Part shown: piece by piece, positions 29,223 through 37,440 of the stretch
Position numbering within the stretch: position 1 is the first letter of the stretch
Layout of the letters: every line of letters begins with the position of its first letter
Notes under the pieces: generated by a model
The model's input: only the letters and a program-made list of their open reading frames with translations
The model's database searches: none
What the model was told of the DNA's origin: nothing
NCBI GenBank assembly: GCA_049521795.1
Contig: JBEKOM010000001.1
Span: 64,001 to 128,000 of the forward strand
DNA from: Candidatus Bathyarchaeia archaeon
Lineage (GTDB): Archaea > Thermoproteota > Bathyarchaeia > Bathyarchaeales > Bathycorpusculaceae
Length of the DNA: 64,000 nucleotides
Direction: 5' to 3'
Made by a program: the position numbers and the translations under genes

Positions 29223-30356
29223 CTAGGGTTTGTTCTTAGACGCGTTCTCTATGATGGTTTTCCATTTGTCTTGTCCTTGAACCGTTATGCCGCATGCTTC
29301 CGCTGGAGTCTTTCCACCTAAGCTTTCATGGGGTCTGACATAGTTGTGGAAGAGTTGATAACCCGAGAGTATTGCTGAATCTTCTTTCTTTAAGCCTCTG
29401 AACACTTTCTCACGATCTCGGATTTCACCGTTCATGCGTTCCATCTTATTGTTCTCATGTTTTCCACGGAAGCTGATTTGTCGAATATGTTCAGTCCTAG
29501 GGCCCTTGAGAGTCCAGTATTCTTTCTTGTAAGCTTCATGATAAGACCTCAACCCGTCAGTGATTATGGTTTTCGGCTGTTTCCCCATAAGCTCCTTGCT
29601 CATTCGAAACAGCCTTCTCGCATCGTGCGAGACTTTTGTTTCAGCTACCTCTTGAGCGATCCAGAAACGAGTCTCATCATCCATCATGGCAAAGAGGTAT
29701 TTCATATCGCCCTTAATCTTGACATAAAGCTCATCTGCTCTCCATGTATCGCTAACGTTTGGTTTTATTTTTTCAAGGTAATCATTCATCAGCTTCACAT
29801 ATTTTCGTATCCACTTCAAAACTGAAACGTGGCTTACTGAAACGCCCTGTAGCTTGAGGAACTTCTGAACGTTTCTGAGTGATTCTCCAGTGAAGTATAG
29901 CTGCATTGCCGAGGTTATGATTTGAGGCGAGGCTTTCATTCCCTCAAAGCCCACGTTGACCGAGAACCGTTTTCCACATGATTTGCATAGGTATCGCTGA
30001 ATATCGTATTTCTTGTTATGTCGTACTGCGTCTTTGACTATTTGCTCTGAACCACAATAGATGCATTTTGAAGTGTTCAAAGGAGCGATGACAACGTTCT
30101 TCTTGACTTGTTCCTTGATTCTTATGCTGGTCTCAACCGCAAAAATGTGTTTGCACTTTACCTGTCGAAACCTGTTATCTGGACATTCACAAGTCCATTC
30201 ATTGTCAACTTTGGAAACAGCGTATTCGCCGTTTCCTGATTGCGAAAGAACGGTATAGAAATTTTCTTCTACTTGTTTGACTTGGCTTTCTTTATGGGCT
30301 ATTTCTAAGCCTCTTTCTTCTCTCAAATTTTCAGTCACGTTCATGGTTACATTCAC
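29223..30356 (-). CDS. IS6-like DDE transposase with N-terminal SWIM finger and Zn ribbon
   Basis: CECPD...CKH SWIM; CIYC/CKSC ribbon; catalytic triad WRADE, ITDG, NNKMERMNG. Confidence 0.92.
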   Translation of the reverse strand: MNVTMNVTENLREERGLEIAHKESQVKQVEENFYTVLSQSGNGEYAVSKVDNEWTCECPDNRFRQVKCKHIFAVETSIRIKEQVKKNVVIAPLNTSKCIYCGSEQIVKDAVRHNKKYDIQRYLCKSCGKRFSVNVGFEGMKASPQIITSAMQLYFTGESLRNVQKFLKLQGVSVSHVSVLKWIRKYVKLMNDYLEKIKPNVSDTWRADELYVKIKGDMKYLFAMMDDETRFWIAQEVAETKVSHDARRLFRMSKELMGKQPKTIITDGLRSYHEAYKKEYWTLKGPRTEHIRQISFRGKHENNKMERMNGEIRDREKVFRGLKKEDSAILSGYQLFHNYVRPHESLGGKTPAEACGITVQGQDKWKTIIENASKNKP

Positions 30357-30456
30357 CGATAGATGTATCTATGCATGGCTACTAATAAATGTGTCGGTAG
30401 CTATATAGATAAAGTTATAAATAAAGCCACCTATACGTTTATCGGAAGATGTTTCG

Positions 30457-30705
30457 ATGAAATCAAAAGACAAATTAGGCGAAAAGTTAATAACAGTGCT
30501 TGGTGAGGCCAGCGAACCGCTGGAGACGAAGGAGATAGAGGAGAAGGTGCCAGCGGAAACGAGATCAAAGATTTTCAATCGATTGAAAGACCTGAGAGGC
30601 GAGGGTCCCATTAAAGGTAAAATGGTGGGTTCTGGCAAAGGAACGTGGGTTTGGTGGGACAAGAATGCTTTTGCAAGACCAAACAGAACGGAGAGTAAAA
30701 AATGA
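30457..30705 (+). CDS. winged-helix DNA-binding protein
   Basis: PLETKEIEE...TRSKIFNRLKDLRGEG.I.GK...WVWW; divergent from the transposase and overlapping the next gene. Confidence 0.7.
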   Translation: MKSKDKLGEKLITVLGEASEPLETKEIEEKVPAETRSKIFNRLKDLRGEGPIKGKMVGSGKGTWVWWDKNAFARPNRTESKK

Positions 30706-33374
30706 GTCTGAGCGAACAATTACTGCAGGTTGTTCCTCAGAAAATAGGCAAGTATTTGTACTACCGTCTTGGCGAAACAACGATTAATCAACTTGTGAAT
30801 TTCGGTCTCATACCGAAAATTGATTATGGTGCATTGATAGCTAAAAAACCAGACGGCTTAATTGTCCATCATAAGGAAGTCAAAGGGATAGTAGAAGCGA
30901 AAAGTCCTGATGAGCTTAACACTACCGAGAAAGAGAATATTGCCATCTCACAGGAAAAGGATGTTGCAAAGAAACTGTGCAAGTTGCTGATAATCACTGA
31001 CAATAGTTCAAAGACTCTTTGGATTAACCCTTTAAATGGGGGAAGAATAAAAGAAAAGAATGGCTCTGAAGTAAGAGCAGTATTCGACGCTAAGTTCACA
31101 AAGAACGTTAATGAGATTGAACGTCTAATTGAGGAAATAGACCTTTCAATCAACGAAACAAACTCAACACTTCGCGAAGAGAAGATCATAGACCCTTCTG
31201 ATCTCGCTCGCCAGATGTGGCAAACTATCTGGGTAGCAACTGGAAAATCTCCAATAAAATGCCTATACAATGTCGTAGAACTCCTCATTTTCAAGTTCCT
31301 GAGCGATCTAAAGGTGCTGGAAGATGAGTATGCTTTCAACCACGTTTACGAAATCTCAAAGACAGACCCAGAAGAAGCTCTGACATTCTACGCACGAAAT
31401 TCAAGAGTGAAGATATTAGAACTTTTTCCAGAGGGAAAAGACAAGACAACTCTGATCAACGGAACAATTTTCGTAAATGAAAGTGGCAAGGCCAATCTAT
31501 CTCAAGCTGTCTTATTTCACCATTCTTTAAAACACCTCTATGAGTACGAATACAATTTCGGCACTTTCATCAAGATAGATAAGAGCTTCAAAACCAAATT
31601 ATACGAGACCTTTCTCAAACAAGAAGTTGAGGCACTAGGACAATATTTTACGACCAGAAAAATCGTTCAATCAATGATAAGGCTATCGAAACTGGACGAG
31701 GAAGAATTTGATTTTAAGGGCAAAAGAATTTGTGACCCGTTTTGCGGAGTCGGTGGCTTCCTACTCGAAATCTTGAATTTGAATGATCGAATGAAACAGT
31801 GTTATACTCCAGATGAAAATGGCGTTATTGACCTTCCTTTCACCATACATGGATTCGACAAGGGATTCGAGAAAGATGATGAAAGAACGATCATATTGGC
31901 TAAGGCAAACATGCTCATCTACCTCACTGACATCATTTTCAGAAATCCTAACGCAACGAAGGAGTTTGCCAGAGTTTTTAATGAAACCTTCACATTGTTC
32001 AGAGACAATCTGGCCACGTTTGCTCACATAATCGAGAAAGAAGATGAAAAGTACGACTACATCCTGACCAATCCACCATACGTCACACGTGGAGCTAGAG
32101 TTATCAAAGAAGAAATCAAGACCAAAGGGCTGAAGCAATATTATCCGATAAATGCTTCAGGACTGGAAGGAATAAGCATCGAATGGGTAGTGCGAAGCCT
32201 GAAGAAAGGGGGAAAAGCATTCATCATCGTTCCCGATGGAGTAGCCGAAAGGGAACTTGCATCTGACAAACGACTGAGAGAATACATCATTCAAGAATGT
32301 TATCTGGATGCAATAATCTCTCTTCCTGTACGAACCTTCTTTGCAAATTTCAGGAAAACCTACATCATAGCAATAACGAAGAAAGCCAAAGTGGATGACG
32401 TGCAAAAGCACGGAGTGTTCACCTATCTTGTCTCTGACATAGGGGAAGACTTAACGAAAAAGAGAAGAGAAGAGATACCTGAAAATGATCTACCAGAAAT
32501 GGAAAAATTGTTCGCTTTATACTCAGCTATCAAAGACTCACCTTCTGATTATCCCCTCATAAAAAGCCAAAGATGCAAAATATTGACTCTTGCTGAACTA
32601 GAGTTATTGGGTGGGGAGCAAAAACGCTGGAGAATTGAGAAGTTCTGGTCAGAGACAGAACTAAAGGAAATGAAATTGTTAGAGGATAAGGTCGAGCTTC
32701 AAACCGTGCTTGACTCATTGGAGAATTCGAAGGAATACATTAGAAAACTGATGCTTGCAAGGGAAAACATTCCAATAAGTGCAGGCCAAGTCAAGGTATT
32801 CAAAGTATCTGACCTATTCGATTTCGAAAGTGAGAAAGTAAGAGGATACATGAAATACACTAAGAAATACTGTAGAACACACAAAGGGGATTATCCAGTT
32901 TATTCAGGAATGACATATAATGATGGGTTAATAGCGATGATCGACCATTATGATTACGATGTCAAACAATGTCTAACGTGGACTGCTGACGGAGTTTATG
33001 CTGGCACAGTATTCCTAAGAGAAGGCAAGTTCAGCATGACCTACCATTCAGGGATTCTTTTGCCGAAAGGAAAGCTAGCAGAACCCCATTCTGCCTATGA
33101 TGTAAACGGAATCTATCTGCCTTATGTTTATCATGTTTTGAACAACAAACTGAGGAAGTTTGCTTTAGGACAAGAGAAACAGAACAAGAGGGTGACCGTA
33201 CGGGTTATGAAGGACATTGAAATCGAGATGCCAATCATGGATGAGAAAACTTTTGACAAGAAAAAACAAGAAGAGATGTCGATACAATACAATGCGCTTG
33301 AGCTAGCTCTTGATGAAGCAGTTCAAGCTAAAAATGAAGCCATAGAGATGTTGAAAAATGCACTCGGTAGATGA
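30702..33374 (+). CDS. fused restriction-modification enzyme (PD-(D/E)XK nuclease + N6-adenine MTase + TRD; type IIG-like)
   Basis: KPDG...VEAK, GQYFT, DPFCGVGGFL and NPPY motifs; C-terminal HsdS-like TRD (YPVYSG, WTADG..AG). Confidence 0.85.
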   Translation: MSLSEQLLQVVPQKIGKYLYYRLGETTINQLVNFGLIPKIDYGALIAKKPDGLIVHHKEVKGIVEAKSPDELNTTEKENIAISQEKDVAKKLCKLLIITDNSSKTLWINPLNGGRIKEKNGSEVRAVFDAKFTKNVNEIERLIEEIDLSINETNSTLREEKIIDPSDLARQMWQTIWVATGKSPIKCLYNVVELLIFKFLSDLKVLEDEYAFNHVYEISKTDPEEALTFYARNSRVKILELFPEGKDKTTLINGTIFVNESGKANLSQAVLFHHSLKHLYEYEYNFGTFIKIDKSFKTKLYETFLKQEVEALGQYFTTRKIVQSMIRLSKLDEEEFDFKGKRICDPFCGVGGFLLEILNLNDRMKQCYTPDENGVIDLPFTIHGFDKGFEKDDERTIILAKANMLIYLTDIIFRNPNATKEFARVFNETFTLFRDNLATFAHIIEKEDEKYDYILTNPPYVTRGARVIKEEIKTKGLKQYYPINASGLEGISIEWVVRSLKKGGKAFIIVPDGVAERELASDKRLREYIIQECYLDAIISLPVRTFFANFRKTYIIAITKKAKVDDVQKHGVFTYLVSDIGEDLTKKRREEIPENDLPEMEKLFALYSAIKDSPSDYPLIKSQRCKILTLAELELLGGEQKRWRIEKFWSETELKEMKLLEDKVELQTVLDSLENSKEYIRKLMLARENIPISAGQVKVFKVSDLFDFESEKVRGYMKYTKKYCRTHKGDYPVYSGMTYNDGLIAMIDHYDYDVKQCLTWTADGVYAGTVFLREGKFSMTYHSGILLPKGKLAEPHSAYDVNGIYLPYVYHVLNNKLRKFALGQEKQNKRVTVRVMKDIEIEMPIMDEKTFDKKKQEEMSIQYNALELALDEAVQAKNEAIEMLKNALGR

Positions 33375-33432
33375 ACTGCGCAAAAGACTTATTTGGTTAC
33401 TCTTTTAACATAAAAATGGATGGTGTGGTCCA

Positions 33433-33621
33433 GTGCCAAAGTGTCCAGAATGTAAGAAAGAAGTGACTAGACCTTCTAAGAAATGGAAATATAGTGTGTT
33501 CACTGTCGAGCTATTTGACTGTGGTTGTGGAACGCAATTTAGAGAATATTCAAAGAAGGGGAAGTACAGCCACACACTGAAGATCAAAAAAGGCAGAGAC
33601 AAAAATTACAGCAAAGTTTGA
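33433..33621 (+). CDS. small Zn-ribbon protein, Cren7-like
   Basis: KCPEC...PSKKW...VELFDCGCGTQFR. Confidence 0.6.
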   Translation: MPKCPECKKEVTRPSKKWKYSVFTVELFDCGCGTQFREYSKKGKYSHTLKIKKGRDKNYSKV

Positions 33622-33637
33622 ATATTTTCAATTAACC

Positions 33638-33808
33638 CTATTTCTTACTGGCCTTTGGGATTGTATGGCTTAATTTTCCTTCAAAATAATAAGCTTTGAA
33701 ACACCTTTCACATTTAGGGCAATCAAACCTCTTTGCGTGAAAGCTTGCGTAGTCCCATTCTCTTGTGGGTTTTGGGACTTCTGTATTGCAACGAGGACAC
33801 TTGACCAA
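33638..33808 (-). CDS. small Zn-ribbon protein, Cren7-like paralog
   Basis: TTG start; KCPRC...PTREW...FDCPKCERCFK...GKLSHT. Confidence 0.6.
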   Translation of the reverse strand: MVKCPRCNTEVPKPTREWDYASFHAKRFDCPKCERCFKAYYFEGKLSHTIPKASKK

Positions 33809-33943
33809 AATGCGACACCCAGTGACTCTTACATGTTTTATGTTAATAATACTTTTCTGACTGATAAACTCGTTATCAACCGATTTTTGACAAGGGCTTG
33901 TATCAACGAAAGACTTCACAGAACCCCACAAATTACTCAATCG

Positions 33944-34153
33944 TCAAGAGTACCAGCGTTTTCTTCTCCAACCTTCCCGTCGCACCATAAACTTGACATC
34001 AGAACCCTTGTACGCTTTGTTCCATTCTCTAGCTTCCTTCTCAGCCTTCCTCTTAGTCCTATAACGTTCTCCAGCAACAACGCGGATAATGCTGTTTCCT
34101 TTCCTTCTCACGACAAGCCATTTCTTAGGAGAAGGTCGTCTTTGATAACTCGT
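33944..34153 (-). CDS. paralog of the 69-aa basic protein (ACG at the start position; not in the ORF track)
   Basis: xSYQRRPSPKKWLVVRRKGNSIIRVVAGERYRTKRKAEKEAREWNKAYKGSDVKFMVRREGWRRKRWYS; same 210-bp length as 25374-25583. Confidence 0.7.
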   Translation of the reverse strand, partial: TSYQRRPSPKKWLVVRRKGNSIIRVVAGERYRTKRKAEKEAREWNKAYKGSDVKFMVRREGWRRKRWYS

Positions 34154-34256
34154 AGGGGCTCACAAAAGAAAAATCTGAAAAGTTACAGGTTCACAGAACA
34201 GCCTAATAGAAGAAAGAAAAAGCTTGAAGAATCGCTATAGGTCAGATTGCAGTTTT

Positions 34257-34553
34257 CTAACAGACTACCATTTTCTTCATTGGATACTCTTGGACATTCT
34301 CTGGTTTCTTGACGGCTGCGATCATCATCAGTTGTACTTCTTTGTTTGTATTTTCTATTTGCACATCGTTTCTGCTTCTCAAGAAGGTAAGTAGTTCGTG
34401 ACAGAATGATCTGGACGCAAAGATTATGTTTGAAAAATCTATTTGAACTGTCTGTCCTGACGGTACGTCTGAGATTCTTTTGGTTACTAACAAAGCAGTT
34501 TCTCTATCTCGCAATGTGTTCGTACCGAACATGTCGTATAGACTTATTTTCAT
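34257..34553 (-). CDS. STAS-like (DUF4325-type) protein
   Basis: VQIDFSNIIFASRSFCHEL. Confidence 0.7.
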   Translation of the reverse strand: MKISLYDMFGTNTLRDRETALLVTKRISDVPSGQTVQIDFSNIIFASRSFCHELLTFLRSRNDVQIENTNKEVQLMMIAAVKKPENVQEYPMKKMVVC

Positions 34554-34626
34554 GTTTTCTCTCTCCCTTTCAAGAGAAAGTTCTCACTTATGCTTAATTA
34601 AGTTAACGATGTAATGATTCGATTCT

Positions 34627-35454
34627 CTATTGTAAGTACTGATACATGATGTCTGTAGCCTTGAGCTTAAACCTTATTCCCACGAAAGAACCTTCCCACT
34701 CGAAACCAATTTGGTACGGAATACTTTCCTTCTTGTGGATGTACAACAAGGAATCGCCAGACAAGACGATGACCTCTCCACCATAACCTTCAACAAACAT
34801 CCTTACTATTGTTGGGATTCCTGTTCCTCGCTCCTGAACTGGTGATTTAGAGGATTTGCCTTCTAACGCATTGGTAATCGCATCTAGATGAGTTCTAACT
34901 TCGTATGGTGTTCCACGATAGGATTCTCTATAGCCAATACCAGTATCGCACATTGCGATTTCGCATGTTCTCATTGCGTTCCAGTACTGTGCAAGTATCC
35001 AGTAGTTGTTGACCCTTGCATGTTCCCGAATGTTTGCTACTATCTCACTGGTCAGAAGTTTTAAACTATTGGTTGAGGGTTCTCGGTTTTTTTCAGGAAG
35101 CTTACTTAAAATCAGGTCTTCATAGGTACTCAATACGCAGTTTTCTTTGTCATCGCATGAAAGTTGGGTTATGGGAAGAAAGTTCTTAGAAGATTCCAAT
35201 TTGGTTGTGCCTTGCTGAAAGGAAATCGCCTCAAGATAAGTCTGAATACCAGAGTCTTCCTCAGTGCAATTGATTGAGACGGCATGATTATTAGCGTATA
35301 CTGCAAGAGGCAAAATTGAGATCGGAGTTACCCACCCAACTGGACGCATTTCATTAGAGTCTTTTCCATCAACTACCGTCTGGTGTAGCTCCTTGAGATT
35401 GCCGATCAGTTCAAGAAGCCTTTTGCTTGTGCTGTACTCTCGACTCAATTGCAT
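34627..35454 (-). CDS. HATPase_c (GHKL) ATP-binding protein
   Basis: EIVANIREHA N-box, DTGIG and RGTGI motifs. Confidence 0.8.
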   Translation of the reverse strand: MQLSREYSTSKRLLELIGNLKELHQTVVDGKDSNEMRPVGWVTPISILPLAVYANNHAVSINCTEEDSGIQTYLEAISFQQGTTKLESSKNFLPITQLSCDDKENCVLSTYEDLILSKLPEKNREPSTNSLKLLTSEIVANIREHARVNNYWILAQYWNAMRTCEIAMCDTGIGYRESYRGTPYEVRTHLDAITNALEGKSSKSPVQERGTGIPTIVRMFVEGYGGEVIVLSGDSLLYIHKKESIPYQIGFEWEGSFVGIRFKLKATDIMYQYLQ

Positions 35455-35628
35455 GAACCATAAATAAGGTTGTGCAAGTTTTAAGATTTATCGCCATTGG
35501 ACTAGACATATATTAATCAAAATGCTTTCGTAATTCATCACCCGACAGTTAACATGGAGAGTTGGAATGGTTGTTTTGTCACCCGATTCTTAACGGCTTT
35601 TCCTATCGCCTATGAAGTTACCAGAACC

Positions 35629-35636
35629 CTTTATCA
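35629..35636 (+). repeat. 8-bp target duplication CTTTATCA, copy 3 (junction with host DNA)
   Basis: CAGAACC|CTTTATCA|TTAAGTTTAATA, 48 bp upstream of the psmB ATG. Confidence 0.9.
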
Positions 35637-35684
35637 TTAAGTTTAATAGTTTGTCCGTGCATAAAACGGGAAAGGCGTTGTCAC

Positions 35685-36302
35685 ATGGAAAAGCAATCGC
35701 AGAATGGTTACATGTTCATTCCGGGGGCCACAACTGTCGGCGTAATCTTCAAAGATGGTGTTATTTTGGCCTCTGAGAAGCGGGTTTCATATGGTTATCT
35801 CATCGTGAGCAAGACGGGAAAGAAGGTTTTCAGGCTGACGGACCACATAGGCGCGGCTTGTGCCGGACTGGTCTCTGACATGCAGGTTCTCATCAGAGAG
35901 GTCCAAGCCTACGGAAACCTGTTCAACCTGGATGTTGGCCGACCCATATCGGTCAGATCGGCTGCTAAGCTCATGTCAAGTCTACTCTTCAGCCGTCGGT
36001 TGGCACCTCTCATCACGCAGACAATCGTCGGGGGAGTGGACAAAGAGGGCCCCTCACTCTATTCGCTAGACCCACTGGGTTCGGTGCTTCCTGACAAGTA
36101 CACAGTCGTTGGGTCGGGAACGGAGATTGCGATGGGAGTCGTCGAGGAAGGATACAAGGATAACATGGGGATGGATGAAGCGAAGGACCTGGTCATGAGG
36201 GCAATGAAGTCTGCCGTGAGCAGAGACGTAATGAGCGGAGACGGGATAGATTTTCTGATAATAACTAAGGATGGAATCAGCGAAGAATCAATGAAATTTT
36301 AG
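35685..36302 (+). CDS. psmB: proteasome subunit beta
   Basis: GATTVG, ASEKR, AGLVSD, GSG and RDVMSGDG motifs. Confidence 0.93.
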   Translation: MEKQSQNGYMFIPGATTVGVIFKDGVILASEKRVSYGYLIVSKTGKKVFRLTDHIGAACAGLVSDMQVLIREVQAYGNLFNLDVGRPISVRSAAKLMSSLLFSRRLAPLITQTIVGGVDKEGPSLYSLDPLGSVLPDKYTVVGSGTEIAMGVVEEGYKDNMGMDEAKDLVMRAMKSAVSRDVMSGDGIDFLIITKDGISEESMKF

Positions 36303-36379
36303 GCCTCCCGTTCTCAGCAAAGATTTAAACTTTGATCTCTGCACACTAGTTATCTCCGCGACGCGGGGAGGGTTCAGAA

Positions 36380-37018
36380 TTGTCGTTTCAGCTTAGCCAG
36401 AATGAAGGAAGTTTTCTCGTGAAGCTGGCACGGAAGGCCGTTGAAGAGTATTTGAAAACTGGGAAACACGCGAAGATTCCGATGGGTGTCTCAGAACAAC
36501 TACTAAAACCATGCGGGGTCTTCGTTACCATAAACAGGCTTGAGGGTGACAAGAAAGCTCTCAGGGGATGCATTGGCTTTCCATACCCCACGACGCCGCT
36601 GGTTGAAGCAGTCGTAGAGTCTGCGATAAGCGCGGCAACTCAGGACCCAAGGTTTCCACCCATTTCTCTCAGCGAACTTGATCACGTTGTCTTCGAGGTG
36701 AGCGTGCTCACGCCTCCTGAGACGGTGGAGGTGAAAAACCCGAAGGAATACTGCGCCCAGATCAAGGTGGGCGAAGACGGTTTGATCGTTGAAAGAGGCT
36801 TCTGCAAGGGACTGCTCCTGCCTCAAGTGCCTGTCGAATGGGAATGGGATGAGGAGACCTTTCTCTGTCAATGCTGCCTCAAGGCTGGCTTGCCTCCAGA
36901 TTCTTGGCTTGTGAAAGGCACGAAGATTTACAAGTTCAGTTCCATCATTGCCGAAGAGCTTTCACCCAAAGGCGAAGTAGTGATGGTCGATATGCGAAAG
37001 AAAACGAGGGCCAAGTAG
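36380..37018 (+). CDS. AMMECR1-domain protein
   Basis: GVFVT, LRGCIG, DPRF and GLLLPQV motifs. Confidence 0.92.
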   Translation: MSFQLSQNEGSFLVKLARKAVEEYLKTGKHAKIPMGVSEQLLKPCGVFVTINRLEGDKKALRGCIGFPYPTTPLVEAVVESAISAATQDPRFPPISLSELDHVVFEVSVLTPPETVEVKNPKEYCAQIKVGEDGLIVERGFCKGLLLPQVPVEWEWDEETFLCQCCLKAGLPPDSWLVKGTKIYKFSSIIAEELSPKGEVVMVDMRKKTRAK

Positions 37019-37104
37019 CTCTAAGGTTCCGCGCGCAAAGCGTTTCATTTGCTATTGAAGTAGCAAATTATGCCATAGAAAAAACGTGAGAGACAAGACG
37101 TGAG

Positions 37105-37440
37105 CTACACGTATTTTTTGTCTCTGTCGCACCACCATCTCTGGTATTGCTCAATATACCGCAGCGGCCCGCCGCACGTGGGGCAGGTTGGTGCCGTGCT
37201 CTGTGTCTCTTGAACTTGGACTTGTGCAGGCTTCAACACTATGAAGTCTCCTATGGCTTGGACTTCTTCCCATGATATGTTTCGACCTTCGCCTTTTTTT
37301 CCCTCAACATGAAGCGACAAGCCCATCTTACCAACCACGAAAGCTACATCTTTAACGATTCCGACAGAACGACCATCAGAATCTACGACCGTCATGCCGA
37401 CGAGCATGTCCTTGGTAACAGCCTTTTCCTGTTTAGCCAT
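37105..37440 (-). CDS. PRC-barrel protein with C-terminal Zn ribbon
   Basis: LVGMTVVDSDG..VG.VKD and CPTCGGPL...WWC motifs. Confidence 0.8.
   Translation of the reverse strand: MAKQEKAVTKDMLVGMTVVDSDGRSVGIVKDVAFVVGKMGLSLHVEGKKGEGRNISWEEVQAIGDFIVLKPAQVQVQETQSTAPTCPTCGGPLRYIEQYQRWWCDRDKKYV

Larger units (their letters stand above)
28468..35628. mobile_element. Element 2: 7161-bp IS6-like cargo transposon
   Basis: 26-bp TIR GGTTCTGGTAACTTCAT(G/A)GGCGA(C/T)AG, 24/26 identical (28468-28493 and 35603-35628). Flanked by CTTTATCA; symmetric subterminal repeats; intact transposase. Confidence 0.92.

Noticed and set aside
22493-30356. Classical composite transposon bounded by identical IS6 copies
   Set aside because: The three transposases are clearly divergent and lie inside separate TIR-bounded units, not at the island edges.
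33838-33871. TTTATCA...CATAAAAC on the minus strand as a guide matching the target region
   Set aside because: The matches are short and AT-rich, the spacing differs (19 vs 23 nt), and the region is probably the promoter of the Zn-ribbon gene.
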